Source: Candidatus Omnitrophota bacterium | GTDB taxonomy: Bacteria > Omnitrophota > Gorgyraeia > 2-01-FULL-45-10 | DNA: 64,000 bases | NCBI GenBank assembly: GCA_041650935.1 | Contig: JBAZKH010000003.1 | Coordinates: forward strand, 165,269-229,268 | Direction: 5' to 3' | Shown here: in pieces, positions 29,127 through 37,507 of the stretch | Numbering within the stretch: position 1 is the stretch's first letter | Layout of the letters: every line of letters begins with the position of its first letter | Notes under the pieces: generated by a model | Seen by the model: only the letters and a program-made list of their open reading frames with translations | Database searches by the model: none | Told to the model about the DNA's origin: nothing | Position numbers and translations under genes: made by a program

Positions 29127-29276
29127 TTATTTAATTAAAAGTATTGCAATAACCAAAACTAACATTGAAGCTATCCCCCAAAGGGACCACTTTATCCTGG
29201 ATATCTGTTTATCGGCATGCGCTATCCAGCTATGCATCTCCTTCAATTCATGTAGAATATGTTCTTCCTGACTCAT
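29127..29276 (-). CDS. Possible 49 aa tail-anchored small protein (MSQEEHILHELKEMHSWIAHADKQISRIKWSLWGIASMLVLVIAILLIK)
   Basis: ATG-initiated ORF below the 60 aa cutoff of the ORF track, with a C-terminal TM helix. No homology recognised. Confidence 0.2.
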   Translation of the reverse strand: MSQEEHILHELKEMHSWIAHADKQISRIKWSLWGIASMLVLVIAILLIK

Positions 29277-29294
29277 GATACGCCCCCCCAATTC

Positions 29295-29558
29295 TTAACT
29301 GTCTTTACTACTCTTGCCTATCTCTTTATTCAGAAAAAAACTTATAACAGTCCTTATTGCCACCATCGATCCCAGAACTGCCAATTCCTGGAGCGAAGGC
29401 CTTATCAGGGTGCGCCCCGCGAAAGAGTTGTCCCCTAAAAATCTTTTTAATTCCACGGAACAAAGATCGATTGCCGATATGAGAGAGCCCCAGACTATAA
29501 CAATTACTCCGAAAGATCCTATACCTAACGATATGGCATCAACTATCTGCATAAGCAC
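29295..29558 (-). CDS. Small two-TM membrane protein
   Basis: 87 aa and hydrophobic. Its 3' end overlaps a 65 nt repeat also found at 36771..36837. Confidence 0.35.
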   Translation of the reverse strand: MLMQIVDAISLGIGSFGVIVIVWGSLISAIDLCSVELKRFLGDNSFAGRTLIRPSLQELAVLGSMVAIRTVISFFLNKEIGKSSKDS

Positions 29559-29836
29559 ACGTCCGAGTCATACTCCAAATACGCTTCAATCTCCTTCTGA
29601 ATATCACCGTACTGGGTATAAAACTCATCATTCTTTTCCCTTTTTGCGTTTGCGAGATTGCTGTTTGCCATAATTTTGAGTGATTTTGGATATTAAAAAA
29701 AGGCGCTAGAGCTGATCTAACGCCGTAAAGTGCTGTGAATTTTCCCGCTACTATTGCCCATCTAAATACCTCAAGTTAAGGATATTATTATAGCACCTGA
29801 TCATATTATGGGGCAAGAATTACCTTGACAAAAATC

Positions 29837-29864
29837 TTGACAAAAATACGCTGTATGGTATATT
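29837..29864 (+). promoter_or_regulatory. Strong sigma70-type promoter for the YhcG-like gene
   Basis: TTGACA (29837..29842; an identical TTGACA occurs 12 bp upstream) - 16 nt spacer - extended -10 TGgTATATT (29856..29864). The downstream RBS AGGAGGAGGA lies 3 nt before the ATG at 29965. Confidence 0.6.
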
Positions 29865-29964
29865 GAGTTTGCGTCTGTAATAGGATATTAGATCCTGCTT
29901 GAATCTTTAAAAGATTCGGGCGGGATTTTTTGTTTTTATACCTTAATTACAGAAGGAGGAGGAT

Positions 29965-30984
29965 ATGGGAAAGCGGTTAATGCGTTCGAATGGGATTTAC
30001 AATAGGCTTCGCAAAATCATCGAAAATGCCAGAGGCAATATCGCTCATGCCGTAAATGCCGAGATGGTTACGGCATATTGGCATATAGGTAAGGAAATTG
30101 TTGATGCGGAGCAGAGAGGCGAGCGAAGGGCCGGCTATGGAGAAAAATTGATTCTGGCGCTTTCGCGCCGTTTATCGAACGAATTCGGTAACGGTTTCAA
30201 CGCAAGTAATTTATGGAATATGCGCCAGTTTTATCATACTTATCCAATTCTCTACGCACTGCGTAGAGAATTGAGCTGGACGCATTACCGCATCCTAATG
30301 CGTATCGACAATCCCGATGCCCGGTCTTTTTACGAGATAGAATGTAAGAATAATAAGTGGTCATCCCGTGAATTGGAGCGTCAGGTTGGGTCTTTTCTTT
30401 ACGAACGCCTCGCATTAAGTAAAGACAAAAAGGGCCTTATGGAATTGGCCCGCAAGGGCCAGGAACTGCAAACGTATAAGGATATGATAAAAGATCCATA
30501 TGTTCTGGAATTTACAGGGCTGTCTGCTGATCCAAAACTTTATGAAAGTAAGCTAGAACAAGCGCTTATTGATAACTTATCGAAGTTCTTACTCGAATTA
30601 GGCAAGGGTTTCACCTTCGTTGCCAGGCAAAAACGGATTTCGCTGGATGGCGATCATTTTTACATCGACCTGGTATTCTATAATACCATCCTTAAATGCT
30701 ATGTGCTCGTCGACCTAAAGATTGGTAAGCTTACTCATAAAGATATAGGTCAAATGCAGATGTATGTCAACTATTACGACCGCGAGCTTAAAGAGCCAAG
30801 CGACAATCCAACTGTTGGTCTTATCCTGTGCGAGCGCAAAAAGGAAGCGGTTGTCCGCTACACCCTTCCTCAAAACAACAAGCAGATATTTGCTTCGAGA
30901 TATAAACTGTATTTACCGACTAAAAAAGAACTGGCGAGAGAATTAAAAAAATTAACCAAAATCTATCCGATAGGGCATTTCTGA
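29965..30984 (+). CDS. YhcG/DUF1016-family PDDEXK nuclease-fold protein
   Basis: N-terminal helical domain (RLRKIIENARGNIAHAVNAEMVTAYWHIGKEIV, NLWNMRQFY) and a C-terminal PD-(D/E)xK core (FYIDLVFYN...VLVDLKIGKL). GC content is clearly lower than in neighbouring genes. Confidence 0.75.
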   Translation: MGKRLMRSNGIYNRLRKIIENARGNIAHAVNAEMVTAYWHIGKEIVDAEQRGERRAGYGEKLILALSRRLSNEFGNGFNASNLWNMRQFYHTYPILYALRRELSWTHYRILMRIDNPDARSFYEIECKNNKWSSRELERQVGSFLYERLALSKDKKGLMELARKGQELQTYKDMIKDPYVLEFTGLSADPKLYESKLEQALIDNLSKFLLELGKGFTFVARQKRISLDGDHFYIDLVFYNTILKCYVLVDLKIGKLTHKDIGQMQMYVNYYDRELKEPSDNPTVGLILCERKKEAVVRYTLPQNNKQIFASRYKLYLPTKKELARELKKLTKIYPIGHF

Positions 30985-31273
30985 TGGTTCGGCAGGCTCA
31001 CCACAAATATTTTGGGTCATTGGGCGAAAGTATCAAAAATGCCTCGAGGGTAGCTTTTAGCTATATTGTATAATTGCCCCTGATCAATAAAAATATTTTC
31101 CATTTATTATTTGTTGCCGCGGAAATTATATTACTTATTTCTTTGAATCCATTCCCACGCTTCCTTTGGAAGCATGCCCTGGCTCGCATAAAGATTTATT
31201 TATGAAGCTCTCCGGCCTAAAGGCCGGAGTTTCCATTCGCCTGTTGGCGGAATCCTCCGAAACAGAAAACCCC

Positions 31274-31313
31274 GAGCTTGAAAGCTCGGGGTTTTCTGCG
31301 AAGGAGGATAAAA
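31274..31313 (+). repeat. 40 nt exact repeat, copy 1 (hairpin + T-run + AAGGAGG)
   Basis: GAGCTTGAAAGCTCGGGGTTTTCTGCGAAGGAGGATAAAA is identical to 47363..47402. Here it sits in a longer AAAACCCCGAGCTT/AAGCTCGGGGTTTT bidirectional terminator-like hairpin. Confidence 0.8.
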
Positions 31314-31356
31314 CTGCGCTGAGATTGACTAAATTTGGCGGAGAGATAGGGATTCG
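31308..31356. repeat. 49 nt direct repeat (att-like), distal copy; contains the 3' terminal 22 nt of tRNA-Ser(GGA) plus 27 nt of trailer
   Basis: ATAAAACTGCGCTGAGATTGACTAAATTTGGCGGAGAGATAGGGATTCG is identical to 31469..31517, which overlaps the tRNA 3' end. Confidence 0.85.
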
Positions 31357-31468
31357 GCTATCCGCCTCGCAGAGCTCGGCTCCTAGCCAGCCAATTTTCT
31401 GTCGGGCATAGCCCTTTTCCTCCCATAAGGTCGGCGAAAATTGGCTTCGAATCCCCAGTGCTTTGCCT
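31357..31468. mobile_element. 112 bp structured insert between att-like repeats at tRNA-Ser(GGA) (miniature integrative/CIME-like element)
   Basis: Flanked by a 49 nt direct repeat that includes the tRNA 3' end. It shares an architecture with the 147 bp insert at tRNA-Ser(TGA) and the two stems show compensatory changes (10 bp stem GCCAATTTTC/GAAAATTGGC; inner GGGC-ATA-GCCC). Confidence 0.5.
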
Positions 31469-31496
31469 AATAAAACTGCGCTGAGATTGACTAAAT

Positions 31497-31588
31497 TTGG
31501 CGGAGAGATAGGGATTCGAACCCTAGGACAGCCTTTCAGCCGTCATACGCTCTCCAAGCGTACGCATTCAACCGCTCTGCCATCTCTC
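31497..31588 (-). tRNA. tRNA-Ser (anticodon GGA), type II with long variable arm, CCA encoded
   Basis: Reverse complement: GGAGAGATGGCAGAGCGGTTGAATGCGTACGCTTGGAGAGCGTATGACGGCTGAAAGGCTGTCCTAGGGTTCGAATCCCTATCTCTCCGCCA. The 7 bp acceptor, 3 bp D stem, TTCGAAT T-loop and 19 nt variable arm all fold cleanly. Anticodon loop uuGGAga. Confidence 0.9.
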
Positions 31589-31671
31589 CAATTTGCAATA
31601 TTCTAACTCGGGCAAATTGTCCCGAGCATATGTCATTTTACTCGTGATGCGAGGGACTACCACAAACTATC

Positions 31672-32904
31672 CTACTTCTTTCCCGCAAACCCCTTCACCA
31701 GCACCGTGTGGAGTTTCTCGTTCAATACGAAATTTTCCGTCCGCCAGGAGAAGGTCATCCTCCCCTTCTCCCTCGGCCATAGACTAGCGAACGTCTCGAG
31801 ACCGATCGCCGGCCCCTGGCGGTTCACCCACGGCGGATTATCGACATACCTGTAAATACCGTCGGGGAACGCGTAATTCGCTATGGTCTTGTACGTCCAG
31901 TATGTCCAGTGTATGTCGTTGGCGTTGTATATGCCGACCATATCCGCGACCCACTTCACCTCGCCGTAGTGGCCGTCACGCGCGTTCACGCCGAATTCGC
32001 CCATATATAGCGGCACTTTATTAAAATCGGCGAACATCTTATACGGCCGCGCCAGCATCTCGAAACGCGCCTTGTCCCAGACGACATTGTAAACTTTGCC
32101 GGGATAGACTAAACCCATCTTAAGGTTGTGCGTAAAATCGAACGGCGCGTAGGTGTGGATGCTGTAGACTGTGTTAGGATCCTCGGGTTTACCCAGGAAC
32201 GCCAGCCGCTGGGCCCAGAAATTACCCTCGAGGAATATTATATGCGACTTATCGGCGTCGCGGATCTCTTTCGTAACCCTCCTGTACAGGTCCTTCAGCG
32301 AGCCTTCCTTGTGGAACGGGACGACCGCTTCGTTCAGCACATCGTAACCGGCGACTGCGCTCGAATCCTTATAAAGCTCCGCCAGGAAATGCCACAAACG
32401 CAGGTAACGGTCGATATTAAATTCGTTGGTGAAAAAATCCGGCTTGCCGTTCGAGTCGGAATGCCATCCCGGGTTCTGCGAACCCGGCGCCGCGTGCAGA
32501 TCGAGTATGCAGTATATGCCGTGTTTCTCGCACCACCCGACAGCCTTATTGAGATAATCGAGACCCTCCTCGTTCAGGCTGAAGGGCCGGTCCTCGAATT
32601 CTATAAGCCTGTAGTTGAACGGTATCCTTACGCAATTCGCGCCCCAGCTCTTTATCGTCGCTATATCTTCCTCACGGATGAATGTATCGCGGAACGAACG
32701 GGTAAAGTCCTCCAGAGCATCCTTGCCCAGCGCCCGCGCGAAACCTTCCCTGAATGCCCCCTCCGGTATGTTGCGGCCGCCCAGCATGTAACCTTCCATC
32801 ATCAGCCAGCCGCCGAGGTTGACGCCTCTCAGCCTGACGGGCTTGCCGGTCCCGTCGACGATCCTGGTGCCCTTAACCAATAACTTCGGTAATCTTCCGC
32901 GCAT
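31672..32904 (-). CDS. Glycoside hydrolase family 5 (cellulase-like)
   Basis: CVRIPF, LDLHAAPGSQN, VLNEA (acid/base Glu) and YMGEFG (nucleophile Glu) in the canonical GH5 order. Confidence 0.75.
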   Translation of the reverse strand: MRGRLPKLLVKGTRIVDGTGKPVRLRGVNLGGWLMMEGYMLGGRNIPEGAFREGFARALGKDALEDFTRSFRDTFIREEDIATIKSWGANCVRIPFNYRLIEFEDRPFSLNEEGLDYLNKAVGWCEKHGIYCILDLHAAPGSQNPGWHSDSNGKPDFFTNEFNIDRYLRLWHFLAELYKDSSAVAGYDVLNEAVVPFHKEGSLKDLYRRVTKEIRDADKSHIIFLEGNFWAQRLAFLGKPEDPNTVYSIHTYAPFDFTHNLKMGLVYPGKVYNVVWDKARFEMLARPYKMFADFNKVPLYMGEFGVNARDGHYGEVKWVADMVGIYNANDIHWTYWTYKTIANYAFPDGIYRYVDNPPWVNRQGPAIGLETFASLWPREKGRMTFSWRTENFVLNEKLHTVLVKGFAGKK

Positions 32905-32915
32905 CTATGAAGCTT

Positions 32916-33752
32916 TCATTTCTTGTAGCCGCGTTCCACATAGGCTATTTCGGATTTTTTGATAAGCACCGTGCCCTCGCCGCCCGGCACGTTGACCTTA
33001 ATGGACATCTCGCGATCGCTCTCGTTTGTTATGATGCCTTCGATGCTGTTGCCGGATTTCAAAAATATTTTGGATGGCGGCTTCATTATGGGAGCGACGG
33101 CTTTTTTAATCGATATGAGCTTGTCGCGGATACCGCTCAAGTCTATCCGCACTACGTCTTGTGCTATGTACACGATAAAGGCTATGACCGCCAGCACGAT
33201 CAACGTCTTCATAAACCGTTTCAGGAACTCGGAACGTATTTTAGCATATATGGTAATCTTACCGCCGCCGCGATGCTTCGAAAAGTACATAGCCTTATCT
33301 GCCATTTCAAGCATATCGTCCAGGTCGCAGGTATCGCCGGGGCAGGATGCTATGCCGCCGCTGAAACTGAATTTAAACTCCCTGCTTTTGAATAGAAACG
33401 GCCTGGTCCTTATATTATGCTCCGTATGGTTAGCCAGGCGATAGACCTCTTTTGCCGGACGGCCGGGGAATACGGCGACGAATTCGTCCCCGCCGAAACG
33501 TATTATGGCGCAATCTTCATCGTCGAGGTTAAGACGAAGCGAACTCGAAAAATATTTCAGAGCTTCGTCGCCGAATACGTGACCATATCTATCGTTCAGT
33601 TTTTTGAAACCATCGATGTCAATAAGCAATATGGAGAATGGCTTCTTGTAAGCCATATACTCCGAGATCATCTTCTCGAGCAAAGGCACGAGCGCATCTT
33701 TGGTATAACATTGAGTAAGAGTATCTTTTTGAGCGTTATCTAATAATGCCAT
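32916..33752 (-). CDS. GGDEF-domain diguanylate cyclase with a C-terminal TM and a small beta-rich domain
   Basis: RFGGDEF active-site motif, and DIDGFKKLND. Confidence 0.8.
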   Translation of the reverse strand: MALLDNAQKDTLTQCYTKDALVPLLEKMISEYMAYKKPFSILLIDIDGFKKLNDRYGHVFGDEALKYFSSSLRLNLDDEDCAIIRFGGDEFVAVFPGRPAKEVYRLANHTEHNIRTRPFLFKSREFKFSFSGGIASCPGDTCDLDDMLEMADKAMYFSKHRGGGKITIYAKIRSEFLKRFMKTLIVLAVIAFIVYIAQDVVRIDLSGIRDKLISIKKAVAPIMKPPSKIFLKSGNSIEGIITNESDREMSIKVNVPGGEGTVLIKKSEIAYVERGYKK

Positions 33753-33819
33753 AAGCCCTTCTCCTTCTCCTTCTCCATATTATACAAAATATCCGCCTAT
33801 AAGGCAAAGTAATTGCCCC

Positions 33820-34773
33820 TTACCTGCCTGCGCCGGAATCGGTAATGCTGACAAGGCCGGGAGGATAGGGTTCGAAAAAGGTCTGCCTGGCGAGATATGC
33901 CTCGCCGAATCTCACTATATACGACTTCGCCACATTCACCGGCACGCTTAACGGGACCTTGCCGTCCCTGTACTCCGTAACAAGGGCGAGAAAGAATTTT
34001 TTCTCATCGGCGGAGAGCTTATCCTTGAAGTACCCGAGCGAATGGGTAAGTATATTTATATTCGCAGTATAACGGGAAATGCGCGCCATCGTGTTATGCA
34101 GGCACTTCTCGTATTCATCGAATACTTTATCCTGCTTCAGCCCGTCACGGTTGGCCGTGAGACTGCCCAATATAGACAGCCCTTTCTGGCTATATGACAT
34201 TATGAGAAGCTTATTCCTGGCATGAAAATCGACGAGAGCGCCCATCCGCCCTGCCTCCTTCACCCCGCGAAAACCGGCGAATGTAAAGATACGCGTAAGA
34301 AAATGTTCCCTTATCCGGTAATTCGTGAGCCGCCCTTCGGTCTCAATAGGCATATCTCCAAAACGTTCCAGGACCGCGGCGCCGAAGAAACCCGACGCCC
34401 TTGCCACGGAGGCGGAGGGTCCGATCTTAGGGTAGACCTTCACGCTGTCGATGCCGCATGAAGGCGAGCGGTCCTTTAAGATAAATCCGTCAATGTCTCC
34501 CAGCGATCCGAGAAAGTGCCCGGCGAAACTCTTCATCTCCGACGACATGTCTTTGCCCGTACTTGGCTGGACGAGGTGAAATTCGCCCGATTGCGAGACG
34601 ATCCTGATGGGGTCGCGCGGGACGCCTAACCCTGCCTCGACTTCGGGACACGTCGTCACGTATTCGACGTAAGGTTTAAGCGATTCTACGAACGCATCCC
34701 GTATCGTCACGCCATCCCAGCGGCAGGCAGCAAACCCCAGGCATTTGCTGGCAAATAATCGCGGTTTTATCAT
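33820..34773 (-). CDS. DUF523 (TudS-like) / DUF1722 two-domain protein
   Basis: N-terminal KCLGFAACRWDG...TCPE motif typical of DUF523. Confidence 0.5.
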   Translation of the reverse strand: MIKPRLFASKCLGFAACRWDGVTIRDAFVESLKPYVEYVTTCPEVEAGLGVPRDPIRIVSQSGEFHLVQPSTGKDMSSEMKSFAGHFLGSLGDIDGFILKDRSPSCGIDSVKVYPKIGPSASVARASGFFGAAVLERFGDMPIETEGRLTNYRIREHFLTRIFTFAGFRGVKEAGRMGALVDFHARNKLLIMSYSQKGLSILGSLTANRDGLKQDKVFDEYEKCLHNTMARISRYTANINILTHSLGYFKDKLSADEKKFFLALVTEYRDGKVPLSVPVNVAKSYIVRFGEAYLARQTFFEPYPPGLVSITDSGAGR

Positions 34774-34827
34774 CGCTCTTTTTTGCCTTTCATGGCAGGT
34801 GTATTTATTTGGCAGCGCGTGCCCGGC

Positions 34828-35343
34828 TCATTTCACTTCTTTTTTCAGGGCGGCCAGGGCCGCGTCATAATCGGGCGGGGAACTCAACTCTTTAACAAGC
34901 TGCACATATTTAACGCTATCGTCTTTACCAATAATGAATATCGCCCTCGCCAGAAGCCTCATCTCTTTTATAAGAACTCCGTAATTTAAACCGAAGCTCG
35001 CGTCCCTGTGGTCGGAGAGGGTCTTCACCTTATTGATATCGAATTCCTGGCAGAACCGTTTTTGGGCAAACGGCAGGTCCATACTGATAAATATGATCGC
35101 CGCGTCTTTTGAAATCTTTGCCGCCTCGTCGTTGAAACGCTTGATCTCTGTGTCGCAGACAGGGGTGTCGAGGGAAGGGACCGACGCTATGAGCTTGATC
35201 TTTCCGCTGAAATCGGAAAGTTTTCGCTCTTCGAGATCATGCGAGAGCGCTTTAAATCCGGGGGCTTTCTGCCCAACTTTTATCTCCTCCCCCTCAAGGG
35301 TCAAGGGATTGCCTTTCAGCGTAACTTCTGTCTTTCTCTCCAT
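34828..35343 (-). CDS. tpx: Thiol peroxidase (atypical 2-Cys peroxiredoxin, Tpx)
   Basis: VPSLDTPVCDTE with the resolving Cys further on. Start set at MERKTEV. Confidence 0.85.
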   Translation of the reverse strand: MERKTEVTLKGNPLTLEGEEIKVGQKAPGFKALSHDLEERKLSDFSGKIKLIASVPSLDTPVCDTEIKRFNDEAAKISKDAAIIFISMDLPFAQKRFCQEFDINKVKTLSDHRDASFGLNYGVLIKEMRLLARAIFIIGKDDSVKYVQLVKELSSPPDYDAALAALKKEVK

Positions 35344-35532
35344 ATATTTATGCCCTCCTCGCATCTCATTATACCAAAAGCCGGCTCAAAAGGTAAAAGA
35401 ATTACGCGTGCCCGGGAGGTAATTCTATCACAATACATCTCCTGAAGCATCGCTTGCCGAAAGAGCGCAATAGATATTGTCATTGGAACATTACTCTGGT
35501 AATATTGTAGCAAATGACCGGAGGGAATATCG

Positions 35533-36720
35533 ATGAGTAAGCGTTTTATAAGTTTCAATGCGTCTCTTTTTCTGGTCGAGTTGGTCTTCGTCATTGAGGT
35601 AACGGCCTGCGTCGTAATTGCGCCTTCCGCCGTAAAATCTCTTCGTCTTGATCCGTCGCTATCCGGGTTGATAGTAAACAGCTATCTGTATGTGGCTTTT
35701 GCAAGCCTTGTGATATTTCTGGCCTTAAGGAAGTGGGTAGCCCGGCTCCTTTCCGCGGGCAAATGTCTATATTGGGGCGCGTGGATCTTCGTTGCGGGCA
35801 ACCTGGCGTGCTTGCAGGCAGTATCAGTCGAGCTTTTCCTGATAGGCAGGGTTGTCCAAGGCGTCGGCGGAGCAATGGCCATGGTAGGTGAGCTGTGGTC
35901 GGCAAGCGAAGTCTATAATAAAAAGATAACGGTTGCGCTATTTTGGGCTGAATGCGGAAGCGCTATCGGCATTGTCATCGGGCCCGCGATGGGAGGTTTT
36001 ATAGCCGGAATAGGAACCGGGACATGGCGTATCTTATTTATAATCAACGCGGCGATAGGCGCGGCAAGCGCCGTGACCGCCTGGTACGCTCTGCGGGTGG
36101 AATCTATCGCAATGATCCCCGCGCCGATCAAAAAATTTCGCATTACCTGGTGGTTTATGTGGCTGATCCTTGTCCAGGCGGCGGTTGCCGCCCTGGCTAT
36201 AGGCGCTGAATTTCTGATGTCCGATTATATGCAGATCCGTCTTCACAAAAGCCCGAATTTCGTGGGGTATATGGCAACGCTGGCATCTATCGGAGCTATT
36301 ATGGGAAGCTGGATAATGTTAATGATCAACCGTTCTTTCACAAAATACGCCCAAAGCGCGCTCTGCGCCATGATCGCTCTGCATGTTTTAATGGTGTACC
36401 TTATCATGAATAACTATATAAATCTTTCTTCGGTGCCTATTTTCGGGATAGGTATGTGCCTTGGTATCGCAAATGTTGCTATTTACGCGGAAATATCAAA
36501 AAAAGTCGGGCAGGATTTTTTTCTTCCGGCAACACTGGTCTATCTCGTTGCCGTGCTGGCGGGAAACGCGCTGGGTATCGAAATGGTAGCGCTGACTGAA
36601 GGCCGGGGATGGTCCCTTTCCCGTGCCGAGCTTATCATGGTGGCCGCGCCTATTATACCTTTGGGCGCGATGATGTTATGGCGGTTTATATCCCCAAAAA
36701 CCGATGACGCCGGGTCGTAA
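35533..36720 (+). CDS. MFS transporter (12 TMS)
   Basis: 12 hydrophobic helices and a GR(V/L)VQG-type motif. Confidence 0.7.
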   Translation: MSKRFISFNASLFLVELVFVIEVTACVVIAPSAVKSLRLDPSLSGLIVNSYLYVAFASLVIFLALRKWVARLLSAGKCLYWGAWIFVAGNLACLQAVSVELFLIGRVVQGVGGAMAMVGELWSASEVYNKKITVALFWAECGSAIGIVIGPAMGGFIAGIGTGTWRILFIINAAIGAASAVTAWYALRVESIAMIPAPIKKFRITWWFMWLILVQAAVAALAIGAEFLMSDYMQIRLHKSPNFVGYMATLASIGAIMGSWIMLMINRSFTKYAQSALCAMIALHVLMVYLIMNNYINLSSVPIFGIGMCLGIANVAIYAEISKKVGQDFFLPATLVYLVAVLAGNALGIEMVALTEGRGWSLSRAELIMVAAPIIPLGAMMLWRFISPKTDDAGS

Positions 36721-36770
36721 CTTATTTTGTTCTGCCTTCGTCCCGCCTCCAGGGGGGACCTTACCTCACA

Positions 36771-36837
36771 TGCGCCCCCTATCCTTAATTATCCTCATTA
36801 CTCCTATTCATCTCTTTATTCAGAAAAAACTTAAGCC
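36771..36837. repeat. 65 nt repeat X, copy 2 (copy 1 at 29281..29345)
   Basis: The two copies align over about 65 nt with a shared core CTCTTTATTCAGAAAAAACTTA. Each lies on the promoter-distal side of a tRNA-Ser locus. Confidence 0.6.
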
Positions 36838-36848
36838 GGTCTTTTGAC

Positions 36849-36998
36849 ATGTACCTGAGACAAAACCGAAGGTTTTGTCGAATGGTTCAGGGCTGTGCCA
36901 TGTACCCAGCACCACTCGCTTCGCTCGGGTGCTGGGCGAAGCCCGAGCGTTTGCCCTGTACCACCTGTAAGCAAACGCGAGTGGTACATGGCGGAGAG
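36849..36998. repeat. About 150 bp structured direct repeat R, copy 1, abutting the 3' end of tRNA-Ser(CGA)
   Basis: Near-identical to 37199..37340. Contains hairpins GACAAAACC-GAA-GGTTTTGTC and CCCAGCACC..GGTGCTGGG and TGTACCAC..GTGGTACA, plus alternative pairings ACCACTCGC/GCGAGTGGT and GCGTTTGC/GCAAACGC. Confidence 0.8.
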
Positions 36999-37088
36999 GG
37001 AGAGATTCGAACTCTCGTACCCCGTAAAGAGTAACACGCTTTCGAGGCGTGCACCTTCAACCACTCGGTCACCTCTCCACACAAATTT
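36999..37088 (-). tRNA. tRNA-Ser (anticodon CGA), type II, CCA encoded
   Basis: Reverse complement: GGAGAGGTGACCGAGTGGTTGAAGGTGCACGCCTCGAAAGCGTGTTACTCTTTACGGGGTACGAGAGTTCGAATCTCTCCCTCTCCGCCA. Anticodon loop cuCGAaa, long variable arm. Confidence 0.9.
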
Positions 37089-37198
37089 ATCTCTATATTG
37101 CTCTGCTTCGCGCTTCGTAAGGAGCATTCTGCCCGCACAATTCCTGCGAAGCCTGAGCGTTTGCCCTGTACCAGTCGCAAAAAATCAACATGGCTGTG

Positions 37199-37340
37199 CC
37201 ATGAACCTGAGACAAAACCGAAGGTTTTATCGAGTGGTTCATGGCTGTGCCATGTACCCAGCACCACTCGCTTCGCTCGGGTGCTGGGCGAAGCCCGAGC
37301 GTTTGCCCTGTACCACCTGTAAGCAAACGCGAGTGGTACA
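37199..37340. repeat. About 150 bp structured direct repeat R, copy 2, abutting a 20 nt 3'-fragment of tRNA-Ser(TGA)
   Basis: See copy 1; only a few mismatches over about 140 nt. Confidence 0.8.
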
Positions 37341-37360
37341 TGGCGGAGGAGGTAGGATTC
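37341..37360. repeat. 20 nt direct repeat (att-like) identical to the 3' end of tRNA-Ser(TGA)
   Basis: TGGCGGAGGAGGTAGGATTC is identical to 37508..37527 inside the tRNA. Confidence 0.85.
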
Positions 37361-37507
37361 CCCTCCGCTCGGCATAGCCTCGCTCCGGGCCAGCCGAATT
37401 TGCTTTCGGCCGTAGGCCTTTTCCTCCTACTCGTCGGCGCAAATTCGGCTTCGAATCCTTCCCAAGCGCGAGTAATATAAAGCCGAGTAAAATTGAGTAT
37501 ATAATAC
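37361..37507. mobile_element. 147 bp structured insert between att-like repeats at tRNA-Ser(TGA), homologous to the insert at 31357..31468
   Basis: Has 11 bp stem GCCGAATTTGC/GCAAATTCGGC and an inner GGCC-GTA-GGCC hairpin. Shares the single-stranded CCTTTTCCTCC and GTCGGCG..GGCTTCGAATCC blocks with the other insert. Three compensatory base-pair changes occur between the two copies. Confidence 0.5.

Noticed and set aside
31166-31411. 81 aa ORF containing ELESSGFSAKEDK (also seen at 47246..47992)
   Set aside because: A translation of the 40 nt DNA repeat and tRNA-flank repeat. No ATG context, and it crosses terminator hairpins.
31357-31468. Mini-ORF MPDRKLAG after the GGAGG + AUG on the minus strand of the tRNA-Ser(GGA) insert
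   Set aside because: The AUG is not conserved in the homologous insert at tRNA-Ser(TGA). The GGAGGAAAAGG is more likely a structural or single-stranded motif than a functional RBS.
28109-31600. Intact prophage or ICE at tRNA-Ser(GGA)
   Set aside because: No integrase, capsid, terminase or conjugation genes are present. Only a 112 bp att-flanked insert and a single YhcG nuclease gene were found. This is treated as an islet or remnant.
36849-37340. Possible CRISPR array, suggested by the repeated blocks around the tRNAs
   Set aside because: There are only two repeat units, about 150 bp long, separated by a tRNA gene. There are no short regular repeat-spacer units and no cas genes anywhere in the window.
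36887-37377. Overlapping ~160 aa ORFs on both strands (and 37093..37535) across the tRNA-Ser cluster
   Set aside because: They run through three tRNA genes and two copies of a 150 bp repeat. The repeated peptide strings are artefacts of the DNA repeat. There is no RBS or coding-like composition.
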